Shown here one piece after another: positions 12,815 to 26,705 of a stretch of 64,000 bases of DNA (position 1 is its first letter; each line of letters begins with the position of its first letter). Origin of the DNA: the human T2T-CHM13v2.0 reference genome, Homo sapiens. The notes beneath the pieces were generated by a model. The model was not told where the DNA came from. It saw nothing but the letters and a program-made list of their open reading frames with translations, and did no database searches. The position numbers and the translations under genes were made by a program. The stretch lies in the NCBI RefSeq assembly GCF_009914755.1, contig NC_060945.1; one strand, 5' to 3'.

Positions 12815-14195
12815 AAGAAGGGCTAGAAATCAAAAGCACAATAACAGAATGATATGGCTTGGCTGTGTCCCCGTCCATATTTCATCTTGAATTGCAGCTC
12901 CCATGATCCCCACACGTCATGAGAGGGACTAAGTGGGAGGTAATTCAATAATGGGGGCAGGTTTTCCCCATGCTCTTCTCATCACAGTGAATAAGTCTCA
13001 CGAGATCTAATGGTTTATAAAGGGCAGTTCCCCTGCACACCTTCTCTTGCCTGCCACCATGTAAGACGTGCCTTTGCTCCTCCTTTGCCTTCCACCATGA
13101 TTGTGAGGCCTCCCCAGCCATGTGGAACTGTGAGTCCATTAAACCTCTTTTTCTTTATAAATTACCCAGTCTTGGGTATTTCTTCTTAGCAGTATGAAAA
13201 TGGACTAATACACAGAAGAATAACTTTGAAGAGTATGTCGGTAAGCTAGATACAGCAGAAGAAAGAATCAGTAATTTTGAGGATATGTCAATAGAAATTT
13301 CTCAAACTGAAATTGGAAAAGTATGAAGAAAACCAGAACATGACATTCCGCCATGTGGAATACTATCAAAAGTTGTACCATATAGATAATTAGAACACAA
13401 GAAAGAAATAAAGATAAAATGGAGAACTATTTGAAATAACAATGGCAGAGGTATTTTTTTTAACTAATGGCAGACACCAAATCACATATTCAGAAAGCTC
13501 AGAGAACACTAAGCAAACAAATACCAAAATATGTACATGCCTAGTAATGTATTCAAACTGCAGAAAACCAAAGACAAAAGACAAAGAGAAAATCTTGAAT
13601 GAAGCCAGTGATGGAGTAGGGTAGGAGAACTTACCTATGGAAGAAAATAATAATAATTACAATAGGCTTCTCATTAAAAAAATCAAAGAAACAAAAAAAA
13701 ATCTATGTAAGCAAGGAGTAGCAGAGTGAAATATTTGAAGCCTGGAATGCTATATCAAGTGAAATTATTCTTCAAGCATGAAGAAGAAATACTTTCTCAA
13801 ACAACAAAAAGTGAAAAAAACATACTACCAACATGTGTGCTTTATATAATGTATTAACAGAAGCTTAATAAAAAATGTTATAGAAACAAATATATAGATC
13901 AAAAATTTGGATCTACATAAAGAAAGGGGAAAAGGGTCATACCAGGAACAAATACAGTTGAAATAAAATGCTTTATTTCTCTGATTCTAAAATGACCTAA
14001 AAGATAACTGTTTGTTAAAGTAACAATTGTAAAAACACATTGGATGACATCTGTGTAAATTAAATGAATAACACCAGTGTTACAGGAGATGTGAGTAAGA
14101 AATTGAATATATTCTGTAATAAGGTACCTGTAGTAAGCATAAAGAACAGTAGGTCATTTGAAAGTTAACTTAGATTAGTTGCAAATGTAAATCCC
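12815..14195 (+). mobile_element. Ancient L1M ORF1 / inter-ORF remnant
   Basis: GATACAGCAGAAGAAAGAATCAGTAA, AAAGACAAAGAGAAAATCTTGAA and GAAATTATTCTTCAAG...GAAGAAAT are L1 ORF1-region motifs. Confidence 0.75.
12850..13212 (+). mobile_element. THE1 (THE1C-like) MaLR solo LTR inserted in L1
   Basis: TGATATGGCTTGGCTGTGTCCC...GCAGTATGAAAATGGACTAATACA; perfect TSD CAGAA; TATA-like TTTATAAA and ATTAAA retained. Confidence 0.95.
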
Positions 14196-14780
14196 CAGGG
14201 AGCTCCTGCCCCATCAACTGAGAAGGGGCAGGGCTCCCGCTTGTCTCCAGCTCTTGCCATCTCCATGGAGTGTGCAGCCCCAGGTGCACCTCCTGACGGC
14301 CTGAGGAGGGAGTTCCAGGTCCTCGCTGGGCCCCTCTCTGCCCACTCCTCCATGCCTGACCACACTGCTCTCCCTTCAGTGGGAGACTTGGCCAGCCCCA
14401 TTGTGGTGGCCCCTAGGGTGGCAGGCTCCAGGGGGCTCCTAGGGTTGGGCTCCAGAGACTGTCTACCTCCTCCCCACATCCTCCTCACACTGTCAGCAGG
14501 TGAGAGCAGTGACATGAGGCCACATCTAGAGCAGCAGAGGCTCCAGGCCTGGGAATGGGTCCTACCTAGTTGTGCGAGGGTGGGGCAGCAGAGTCGGCTG
14601 CCTCAGGAACACAGGGCACAGGGGACGCTGGGCAAAGGGGTCCCACCACTGCCACTGTTGCTCTTGCAGCCACTTCCACTGCCACTGCTCATGTCCCACC
14701 CTCTTCCCTCCCTCTTCCCCCGGCTCCTGCTCCAGCTCGCACAATGGCAGTGGCTGCTTGGAAGCCTGCTACTTTCATCA
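14192..14780 (-). mobile_element. MER52-family (ERV1) LTR, 5' part only (MER52D-like)
   Basis: Minus strand begins TGATGAAAGTAGCAGGCTTCCAAGCAGCCACTGCCATT and contains GGGGCTGCACACTCCATGGAG...AAGCGGGAGCCCTGCCCC...GGGGCAGGAGCTCCC, matching recalled MER52 consensus. GC-rich island in AT-rich context. Confidence 0.8.
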
Positions 14781-15170
14781 ATTGTATCTATTAAAGAAAT
14801 CAATATTCAATACAATTCAAAAGAAGAAAATGCCAGACACAGAGTATTTTATTGATGAATTCCACCAAACATTTAAAGAATAAAAATACTAATATTACAC
14901 AACCTTTTCCAGAAACTACAAACAGAGGGAATACTTTCTGACACATTCTGTACGACACACTAACAGGCTGGAAACTCCATGTGATAATATGATATAGAGA
15001 TATATATATATATATCATTTTACAGATATATGTCTCTATAATGCACCATCATGGTGAAAGATGTTAATAGCAGAGGAAACTGAGTGTGAGTGTTTCGAAA
15101 CTCTCTACATCACCATCTCATTTTTTTCTATAAATCTAAATATTCTAAAAATAAAATCAATTGAAGTTAA
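14781..15170 (+). mobile_element. L1M ORF2 fragment joined to an L1M (MC/MD-like) 3' end
   Basis: GATGAATTCCACCAAACATTTAAAGAA (ORF2), then GATGTTAATAGCAGAGGAAACTG...AAATCTAAATATTCTAAAAATAAAA (3' UTR end). Confidence 0.75.
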
Positions 15171-15899
15171 TTCAATTTGATACTAGTACCTCTTAGCCCC
15201 CTAATAAGGCATTTTTTGATATACAATTTGTCAGCCTGCCGTATATACTGAGATAGATTGACAAAAATATCCTTGTCATTAACAAAGCCATTGTGGATGA
15301 AATTATGTGAAAGATTAAATATAGTGCCATAGTGGTTTTTAAAAGATTATATATAAACTATCAATAAAAGGGCCTTGACAATAAATTGGTAAAATTTTAC
15401 CAGAAAACTTTGACACTTTATGGACTTAAAAATGTATTCTAAATTGGTAAATAAATGCGAATGAAGGGTGGGGTTCTTCCAGGTATGGCAGGGTAGCTTG
15501 CATCCAATGAACCATCAAATGAACTAATGTACAGTGTCCCAAAGCAACCAGAAATTAGAAAGGAATTGAACCCTGAAAGAATGGAACAGTACTAGTAAAA
15601 TTTATCTTTATACATATTTTTGTCTGAGGCCTTTACCCAAAATGTATGGAGTAGAACAAATAGAATTAAAGCAGAAAACTGCAGTATTATTTTTCTGAAG
15701 AATCTGTAGGCAGAATTTAAGGCTTTTAATTTTCTGAAAATGCTTGGCTAATCCCTGAACTATACATGCCTAAGGGCATACCAAACAGATGAATTGCACC
15801 ATCTGGAAGAATAGAAGAAATAAAGGAAATTTTAGTTCCTGCTCACCTGAGAGAAAGTATGTTTCATAAGATGAATCCAGCTAAGTTAACTGCCTGCAT

Positions 15900-17195
15900 C
15901 AACAACAACTACAAACTCTTTAGCTCTTTCTTGAAACAAAGCAGAATTCAAAATTTCTACAACATATCATCTCAGTGTTTAGCATAAAATAAAAATTATT
16001 ACACATATGAAAAACAAGGAAATGTGACCTATAGTTCAGAAAAAAGTAGTTAATAGAAACCTATTTTGATATGACCTAGAATTATAATTAGTATAGAGAT
16101 ATTATAAATTTAAGTTCCAGGACTTAGGAGAAAACTGCTAATAATGAATGAGGATGTGAGAAATCTCAGCAGAATTAAATAAAAATACTAGAACTACAAG
16201 GTAAAATATCTAAAATAAAAATTTACTGCATTGTCTTAGCAGCAAATTAGAGATGACAGAATAATTGTTTTGTTATATCAGTTACAGATACATAGAAATT
16301 ATCTGGCCTTAAGAACAGAAAGAAAATGATTTTTAAAATCCGAACTTAAGGACTTACAAACAATATCTCATGGCCTGATATATATGTAACTGAAGTTTCA
16401 GAGGGAAGGCTACAGAGAATAAAGCAGCAAAACTATTTGAAAAAATAATGGCCAAATATTTTCCAAATGTGGTGAATTAAGAAAATTAATAAATCCCCAA
16501 GTGTGATAAAAATAAAAACAGCATACATGAGCACACACATTGTCACTTTATATTTATATCACTTTATATTTATATCAAAACTCTAAAAATAAGGGAAAAT
16601 GTTTAAAGCATCCTGAGAAAAATGAATGAATGATACATTTTAGAAAACAACAAGATGAATAACTATGACTTCTTATCCGAAACAATGGAGTCAAGAGGAC
16701 AATGGATTGAGATCTTTACAGTTCTGAAGCAAAATTGACAAGTTTTAATTCTGTACCCAGAAAATTAAATTTCAAATATTTAAGCAAAATTACTATATTT
16801 ACAGATAAGCAAAAGCAGAGAATCTGCTGCTGGTGGACTTGCACTATAATAAAGACAATTCTTCAAGCTGAAGGATAATAGCACCAGATGGAAGCTTATA
16901 AATGCCAGAACAAATGAAGATCATTGGAAACAGTAAATATACTTTTAATTTTTGTCTGATTTACATTAAAAAACACATCTGTCTAAAACGACAAACATGT
17001 TGTTATTTTCTATGTTTAATAATGTAAGTAGATGTATTATGTATGATAAATATAGCATAGAAGATGAATTAAATGTAAGCATAATACTATATTATGTAAG
17101 GTTTCATAATATTAATTCTTAGTAAACTGTGATAAATTAAAAGCACATATTTTAATTCCTAGAGTGACCACAAAAAATAATGGAATGAGATATAG
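15900..17195 (+). mobile_element. Ancient L1M (L1ME-like) ORF1 region
   Basis: AAACAAGGAAATGTGACC, TATTTGAAAAAATAATGGCCAAATATTTTCCAAAT, GACTTCTTATCCGAAACAATGGAG. Confidence 0.75.
16543..16577. repeat. 16-bp tandem duplication
   Basis: TCACTTTATATTTATA x2 followed by TCA. Confidence 0.9.
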
Positions 17196-17198
17196 TAT

Positions 17199-17547
17199 TG
17201 ACATGGTTTGGCTGTGTCCCCACCCAAATCTTATCTTGAATTGTAACTCCCACAATTCCCATGTGTAGTGGGAGGGAACCAATGGGAGGTAATTGAATCA
17301 TGGGGGCAGGTCTTTCCTGTGCTGTTTTTGTGATAGTGAATAAGCGTCACAAGATCTGATGGTTTTATAAAGGGGAGTTTCCCTGCACAAGTTGTCTGCA
17401 GCCATGTGAGATGTACCTTTCACCTTCTGCCATGATTGTGAGGCCTCTCCAGCTACGTGGAACTGTGAATCCATTAAACCTCTTTGTTTTGTAAATTGCC
17501 CAGTCACAGGTATGTTTTTATCAGCAGCATGAAAACAGACTAATACA
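17199..17547 (+). mobile_element. THE1B-like MaLR solo LTR
   Basis: TGACATGGTTTGGCTGTGTCCCCACCCAAATC...AGCAGCATGAAAACAGACTAATACA; TSD AGTAT/AGCAT. Confidence 0.95.
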
Positions 17548-18537
17548 AGCATATTGAGACAGAGCCAGGATCTAAATAAAATTTGGTTTAAAAATAAATC
17601 AACAGAAGTATCTGAAACCTAATAAACATTATTTTAAAATTCTATACCCTAGCACTTATTAGTTATACCTTTTTTTCAAATAGCTTACCCTTTTTGAGGA
17701 GTAGTTTTATCAAGTATAAAAATAATCTTGAAGTTGTTGTTTAAAGGATTATAAGACAACATTAGAAAGTACCAAATATAATCTCTGTGGTTCAATAAAT
17801 AGACAGTAGTTATCTCTAATTTTCTTCTTTATCCTAAAATAACTAGGAGGTTACTTCAATACAATAGCAGCAAAAAATATTTTTAACAGCATCCGAATAT
17901 ATTAGAAAAATAATAGCAGTAATGAAAGAATTATATGGGATTATGCATAGGTTAATGATTGACACATCAAAAGAAAGCACATATAAGATTTTGTGAACAT
18001 GTAATTTAAGTATGCTGAAAACAATAGAAAGCTAATCAAAGAGATGAGAGAGAGCTTTAGCATAAATATCATGTAGAAAGGGAATAATGAAAGAAAGACA
18101 AGAGCAGTATGGAGATGCAACAGCTGTTAATAGCACAGAAAATAGGAAACAACATCATTATCTCCAGGTGCAAGTAGGAAAATGCAAAATCCTTTCACCT
18201 TCAGTCCTTATAACAAAATGACTGACTATGAAGAATCAGTCATAAACTTGAAATTCTAGCCTCATTGCCCAGTTAATTGCTTTATTAAATATTAAATTCT
18301 ACCTTGTGGGAACAAAAGTGAATTGCATGGATAAACAAAAGTAAAGCTGGCTATCTTTTAAATGTAGAAATTACAATTTTTGTTTCCTCTACAAATTCAT
18401 GACTAAAATTATGAGATAAAGAACGATCCCTCAGCTTCTAACCCCTAAGAAATATCCTGGACTTTGAAAAAGCTGTAATATGTGTGACCAACTTATATAG
18501 TCACTTGAATTTTGATAACTAGATCCTTTGATATTAG

Positions 18538-18865
<328 letters not shown>

Positions 18866-19299
18866 CCTCTTATGATTTTTATAATACACAGTCATATATC
18901 CGTTTTAGAATGTGGTAAAACCCAAAACACTGTGAAAAAATGTTGCTTTTAATGTATCAGAAAATGTTCTAGTTGTGATATTTTATCATTACTATTATAA
19001 TTTGTAATCGGATTCAATAATTCAGAAACAGATGATAGCAGGGTGTTCTAGTCAGTAAATCAACTTTGTTTCTTTAGGCGCATGACATATCCTTTGAGTG
19101 TCTATTGAGGATGCTCAGAAATTAAAATAAAAATCCTACTGAATCCAATTTCTGAGAATCACAAAAGCATATGATACAGAATTTGCTGACTTGGGAAAGT
19201 TATCTTCCTTGTGGCACTCTCAGAAAGGCTGTGCTTTCTCTACCAATTCAAGGGATTTTCTAAGAGATAAAGCACAATTCTTAACAGGAATAAGAACGG

Positions 19300-19442
19300 A
19301 AAAAAGTATGACAGACAGAAGAAAGAGAAAGGACAATGCATGTACAAGAAAAGAAGGAAGAAAGGGAGGGAGGGAGGAAGAGAAAAAGGGAGAGAGGGTG
19401 AGATGGGGGCAGGGAGGGAAAATAAAAGAAGGGTAGAAGAGA
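19300..19442. repeat. GA-rich low-complexity tract
   Basis: AAAGAAGGAAGAAAGGGAGGGAGGGAGGAAGAG... Confidence 0.8.
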
Positions 19443-19464
19443 GTCCGACTCAATTTTTTAATAA

Positions 19465-19812
19465 TTGCCTGCTCTTTCTCTTCTGAGCAAATTGATAAGA
19501 AAGCCTGGGTGCCCCTTCCTTGGTTCCAGCAAGGGGTTCAAACTGTGCATGCCCTTGCCCACATCAGGGAACACTCAACTCTGCCCCACACTTACCCACC
19601 ATATAAAAACCCCAAGCCAACCTGCTTTAACTGCATTCTTAAGCTATTTTCAGACCAGCTTGAGAAGTGCACCTGTGCTAGCCACATAACTCTTCATTAT
19701 CTGAGTAATAAATCTTTTCATACCCTCTCGGTGTGTGTGATTTCATCAGCTTTGACATCAGAACCAAATTTTAGGTGGGAATCCATCTAATATCTGTAGG
19801 GTGACTACAACA
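19465..19812 (+). mobile_element. LTR 3' portion, probably ERVL (MER54/73/74-like)
   Basis: TATA-like ATATAAAAACCCC, AATAAA, ends GGGTGACTACAACA. Family assignment is tentative. Confidence 0.55.
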
Positions 19813-20244
19813 GAAAGGACTTAAAGAAGATGAATGAAAATAAGGAAAAAAGAAATAAGAGAGAGAAGGAAGTCAAAAGCTACTGCTTTTTAAATGAACT
19901 TCTTCCTCTCAACAACAAAAGCATGGTTCCAACCACATTCCTTCCCCAAATCTGAGAACTGTTCTCAGTTCTGCCCATAAGAACTATTGGAGAAACATTA
20001 ATAGCAATATGGAAATAGATATCTAAGTGATAACATTATGGGATCCATCTGAGTTAGAGAAACCAAGCCAAGCCAAAAGGTAGAGAAATCTTCCCTGTAA
20101 TTTGTTGCCAAGTGTTTAAGTTTTGGTGGCCTAAAGAAAACTCAATCTGTGTTCCTATAAATAAGTATCACAAATGTTAGAATAAATTAGTTGAGTTTAC
20201 TATAACCACTTCAAAATAGTAGCAGCTCACTTATCCATCAAATA

Positions 20245-20547
<303 letters not shown>

Positions 20548-21059
20548 CATAAAATGTTTTGAGTTATTTTCAGGTAAGCTTTTTCATAACAAATTCTTCA
20601 TTTAATTATCCCATAAGTTTGTTGGATGTATCTAACATTACAGATATTTGGGTTACACAGGATTGATACCTAAATGAGGATATGCAAAGTTGCTTGTAAT
20701 AGTACCTAAGTTTTGCCTTTGCAAACAAAAAAATAAATCTATCTCAACAATATCTAACAGTGCTTTGCAACTTTGGTATTAAATATACTGATTGAGATGG
20801 CCACTCATTTTTCTCTGTAATCCGAGTTCTGTTTGTCAAGTTTGATCACTGGAAGCCCACTTTGGCAACCCCACAAGTTATTGAAACAAGCCCCTTATTA
20901 AATTTTATTTTTATTTTATTGCACTTTTAGCTTTCACTGTAGTTCATAAGAAACAGTTATAAGAAAAAGGATGGCTCTTCAAATCAGCTGTTATGAATAA
21001 CTTTACATACCTGTTTTTTTTTCTCACTTCCAACTTAGAAGGAAATGCCTCATATATTC

Positions 21060-21420
21060 ATTTACATTTCACTCATTAAATGAATACTAATTGAGCATCT
21101 ACTATGTACCTAGCAGCGTGAGAGGTGCTAGAGATAAAAAATGAACTATAAAGTAGAATCAGTTTTTATCTCCTTTGAGCTTACATTCTGGTAGGGTAAG
21201 AAATATTACAAAGTAAATGCATTTTTACAAACTATACAAGTGCTATTAAAGAAATGTGAGAAAGAATATATAACAAAGACACATGACTGACTGAGCTGAG
21301 CTCTAAAGGTTGTGTGGGTATTATTAGAAAAATATTATTTCAAGTCCAGGGGAGGGTCAGGCTCTATGTTAGGAGGGAAATAAGTTCACTGGGGGAACTG
21401 AAAGGGCTTTGTGAAAGAGT
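21060..21420 (-). mobile_element. L2 3' end
   Basis: ATTGAGCATCTACTATGTACCTAGCA...GTGCTAGAGATA...GAGCTTACATTCTGGT. Confidence 0.75.
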
Positions 21421-22910
21421 AAGAATTCTACACATCATCATAATTTCTTGTGTGTGTGTGAAGGTATGTATATGTGTCTACAAGTCTCCAAGGAAGTTCA
21501 TATTTAAATTTAATACTAGGTAATGATAATTATGGGATATTACATTTTCCGCATATTTACTATTCCTTTCATCCTTGTAAATTTTTGGTCTAAAATTCTC
21601 TATATGAGTTGTTGGGTTTTATAACGTCATTTTTATTCCCCTTTGGAGCTGATAGAGGAGGGAGAGAAGACAGATGTGAAAGAAAGGGAAAGGAAGAAAT
21701 AAAAGAAAAATGATAAACCTAACATCATTCTAACTGAAAGGAGGAACAGAAAGGTAGTTATAAATGATCCCAGCACATGGTTAATATATATCCCATAGCT
21801 AAATTTGTCTTCTGTCTCTTACACTGTAAGATAAAATATAACTAATTATATTGAACCATATTTTTTAGATAAAATAAACAAACTTTCTGGGCTGAATGTT
21901 TTAGTAAAAACCCTTAGATTCCGCTAATATGCTAAATTTCAGGATAGAAATACAATGTATCATTGACTCAAAGCTGTAAAAGGTGCCTAAAAGGACCAAA
22001 GTTAGATCCCCAGATTTCTTCCAAGGGAAAAGATCAAAAACACTTAGAAACTTAAAATTTCTTATAATTAGATAGCCTTCAGTTTGACTGGCAGTTTAAC
22101 AGTATAAATAAAAGGCGAGCTTTAATTTATAGCCTCAATATGACATACTGGAAAATTAAATCATTTCCATATTTGCATAATAAAATTTATTATCTGTAAT
22201 TAACTAACCTTTAGAAAATTTATTTTTAATTTCCTCCTGTCAACATATCTGAAAAATGCCAAGTTAACAAGCTTTAGCGTATAAGCAACTACATTAATGT
22301 AGAAGTTATAGCAAGCATTAGATAGACGAAGCAGTCATGTCCTAAGTTAACTAAAGAGTTGTCATTGTATCACATTGTTCACTTGAAAACACATGGAAAA
22401 ATATTTTATATCAATGCTAAATGACAATAAAATCATAAGACATTTTGTATACACTAATCAGCTAAAGTAATCTAATCAGCACTGTTTACTTGAAATTCCT
22501 TTATATTTTATAACAGTATATTTCATTCCACAGAAAAATCTAAAAATGAAAATTCAGTTGCTTTTATTCTAGTTGTTCTAACTCAACTGTAATGTGTTTA
22601 TATTTTGTCATTGAACTTTGGAAGCAAGAGTTTTACAGTGATGTTTTTAAAATCTTCAACAATTAATAGAGAGTAATTTATTGTCTCACTCCATGCTTGA
22701 TGTAAGCAGTGTTAAGGGAGAATTAAAATATACGTTATTCTACCATAGAATTTGGTTCTCAGGTCCTCATGTAATAAATATGTTTTTTATGTGTTTACAT
22801 TTATAAGTATTTATATACCACATATAAATGTATACATATATACACCATTTTTCAGATTGTATGACTATAGAAGCTTAAAGGTTTTTTTTTTTTACAATTA
22901 TAAAAAATAT

Positions 22911-23149
22911 GGATGTGAGGCCAATCTGGCTGGGACATCTGCCACCCCATGGATCTCCAGGGTTGATTCGGCTGATCTGGCTGGCTAGGCTGGTGTCCCC
23001 TTCCTCCCTCACCACTCCTTGTGTGTCTGTCCCGAAGCTGTGCACTCTAATGAAGAGGACGACCATCCCAGACAGAGGAGGACCAGTCTTTGTTCTAGGG
23101 TACGTGAGTAGCTGCACTCCCCTGCTAGAACCTCCAAACAAGCTCTCAA
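22911..23149 (+). pseudogene. 7SK snRNA retropseudogene, 3'-truncated (about nt 1-240), no poly(A) tail
   Basis: Colinear with 7SK: GGATGTGAGG...CCAGGGTTGATTCGGCTGATCTGGCTGGCTAGGC...GAAGAGGACGACCATCCC...CCCCTGCTAGAACCTCCAAACAAGCTCTCAA; flanked by TSD CAATTATAAA(A/C)AAATA. Confidence 0.96.
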
Positions 23150-23849
23150 TTATAAACAAATAGCACCAAAACATTTAGCAACAGTCTTTTTGCTTATTTC
23201 TAGGATTTATCAAGCTCTGATTAATGCTCTATCTAGTCATTACAATTCATAGAAAGAAAAGCAGTGGTAGCAGGTGGCATTGTGAATTTAAGTTAGCCCC
23301 AATGTGGAGAAGGACAGCAGGGGCTCTTCTATATCGGCTTCCTGAAAGCATGACACCAGCAATATTGTATGTTTTCTAAACTAGTCAGTTCATTAGCGTT
23401 CCACCAAAAATTTTTATTCCACTTCACTGTCTTAAAAATACCAGTTTGTTCACTCATCAGACTTCTTTACCTTGACATAAGAAATCTAGGGTATTGATAG
23501 TGAAAGATGTAAAGTGAAACAAATAAAAGAAACCTTTTAAGCCAGTTCTAGAAGAAAGAGCCATCTTATCATACGTCCTTATTTATGTACATAAATGCAC
23601 ACATATACAGACCCAGGAAGGAAATATTCAAACTAACTCCACATCTTGCTCTTGTCAACAAAATTAAATATATGAATTACTTTAAATTACATCAGGTAGA
23701 AACTTGATATTACTTTTTTAAAAGCCAGACCTTTGCTAGATTAGAATTTAGCTTTTTTATGTCATGCTTCAGAAAAAAAGAGACCACAAGTCTTTAAAAA
23801 ATATAATTTAGTATCTTCTCATCCTTTTTTTCTTATCACAAGAATTGAC

Positions 23850-24171
<322 letters not shown>

Positions 24172-24625
24172 CTAGATGCCTGAGTAGAAAACTTGAGATT
24201 CATCCATCACCATTCACAGCCATGTTCTTCAGATTTTTACCTCCCAAATTTGTCTCAAATTCTCCCAGTTGGCCCAAGTTATCACCCGTGCCCAGGCTAC
24301 TAGATTATTGCAATACAATGTATAGCTCTAAAGTGGAAACTTAATTCATCAAGAGTTAAGTTCTTTCTTATTTTTCTAGAAATATATTTTAAATCTCATT
24401 TTTATTGACTGTTAAAAATCTTAGAGATTTATCAACTTTATCATTAAAAAACTTATCAACTTCACCATTAAAAATCTTATAGATTATAAATGAGTGAGAG
24501 AAATAATTAAATTGCATGTCATTTACATCAGAAGATAATCTAACAGATTATTATTGAAATATACAGAAGTAGACTCTTCTCAAGCCAACATTATTGGCCA
24601 CTGTCTCATAAAATATAGATTGTAG

Positions 24626-24901
<276 letters not shown>

Positions 24902-25148
24902 GAAGAATTCTTTATATTATATAATTTTCACTCTCTCATTAGAGTGATCACTATATCAACTTTTATTTGTACAAGTTTGAAGCAAAAGCTGTAGGAAAAT
25001 GATACAAATTAATAAACTACACTTTCTAATATGAATAAACAACATTTATCTCTGCTTTTTCTACAGATTTCTTTTTCCTAATGACTTGCTCATTTGCCAA
25101 ACTGGCACTAATGCAAGAACTCTGTGATTAACTGATGTTATTGAAGAC

Positions 25149-25495
25149 TGCTTTAGACTGACTGACTGTCAGCATGCCTCCAAAATTCATATGTTGAAAG
25201 CTAATCCCCAATAAGATGGTATTTGGAGGTGGGGCCTTTGGAAGATGATTAGGTCATGGGGATAAAAGGGACTAGTAGCTTCTAAAAGAGGCTCCAAAGA
25301 GTTGCCTTGCTCTTTCCTCCATGTAAGGACACAGTGAGAAGACAATTGTCTATGAAGCAAGCAGTGGGCCCTCACAGACACCAAACCTGCTGATATCTTG
25401 ATTTATGACCTCCATAACTGTAAAAAATAAATGTTTACTGTTCAAGCCACCCAATCTGTGGTATTTTGTTGGATCAGCACAAATTGACTAAGACA
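25149..25495 (+). mobile_element. MLT1A0-like MaLR solo LTR
   Basis: CCAAAATTCATATGTTGAAA...GGAGGTGGGGCCTTTGG...AATAAATGTT...GACTAAGACA; TSD AAGAC/AAGGC. Confidence 0.9.
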
Positions 25496-26344
25496 AAGGC
25501 CTAAAAATCACAGATAGAAAAATGTATCACTAAATATCATAATTCCTTAATTCCCAGCTATATCTATCAGAGAGTTCCATACTCAGCCTCTCTTCCATCA
25601 GGCACCCACTCCCCATCACATATGGCTGTAAGTAACCAGCTCTTCCCCAATCTCTTATCTTCTCCAGGACCAGAGACTCCTCTGTGTCTTGGTAAGAGCA
25701 AAGTAAAATTGGACATTTCTTCATGTTGAACAGTCTTCATCCAAGGATGACTCATTTACTCTTATTATGCAGAGTGATTTACCATTCCATTACCTAGACC
25801 ATACTATTTTCTTTGAAACACAGCCCAAATGTTTTACCATCAGAAAATAAAAGGGTCTATTAAAGTGCCTTTCCACATAAAATAACTGCAATCTTTCAAC
25901 CACTTTCTTTGAATTTGGAAACAACTGTAGCTATGTTTAAATAGGGTGCTTTTGTTTTTTCCCAACTTTCCCATTAATAATTTTTGAAGGCTCTGGTATT
26001 TATTTTTGTTTATCTTCATTATAGAGTTTCTGCAAAGCAATATGGAAAGGAAATGAAATAAGCAGTTGGACAGTGGAAAAATTAATAGCATACATGTTTT
26101 AATTTTACACCTAAATCCTTGAGAATTATCTAAAAATACATAGGAAGCTAAGAAGTTTAACCCAGCAAAAATCAAGGTTTAGATATTTATGAAGAAAACT
26201 GTAAAACTGAGTAGATATATATAAAGGAAAACTAAATAAGCAGACATACAGGTCATGTTCTTGGATTAAACAATAAAAATAAAGTTATTTCCAAGCTAAT
26301 GAGTAGTCTGAATGTAAAGTAAATCAAAATTTGACTTTATAGAA

Positions 26345-26445
26345 TTTCTTCCTGCTTTTCTTCCCTCCCTCCTTCCTTCTCTCCCTCCTTTGTTCCTTCC
26401 TTCCTTCCCTCCTTCCTCCCTTCCTTCCCTCTTTCCTGTCTCCTT
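26345..26445. repeat. CT-rich (CCTT)n-like tract
   Basis: CCTCCCTCCTTCCTTCTCTCCCTCC... Confidence 0.8.
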
Positions 26446-26605
26446 TATTTATTACATAAAATAAATATTTCATGTAGAAAACTATGTGTCACTTACTGTA
26501 GTAGATGCCAAGAATACTAGAGGCAAATATAGATATATATTTGCACTCACTAAAAATGACCTGGTAACAAATACAGACAATTAAATAGAAATTAGGGTAA
26601 ATTCA

Positions 26606-26705
26606 AATATACATATATACACATACATAGACACACACACACACACATATATACACACACACATACAAACAGCTATGTGTGTATATGTATAGTTAGATAT
26701 ATATT
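26606..26705. repeat. (CA)n/(TA)n compound microsatellite
   Basis: ATATACATATATACACATACATAGACACACACACACACAC... Confidence 0.85.

Noticed and set aside
14165-14883. Six overlapping ORFs up to 204 aa, including Cys/His-rich and Ser/Gly-rich ones
   Set aside because: They lie in a GC-rich MER52 LTR where stop codons are rare; no recognisable protein.
19952-19968. 8-bp-arm palindromes (CTGAGAAC-T-GTTCTCAG; also 47220-47239)
   Set aside because: Expected by chance in 64 kb.
22752-23174. ORFs across the 7SK copy
   Set aside because: Spurious translations of an ncRNA pseudogene.
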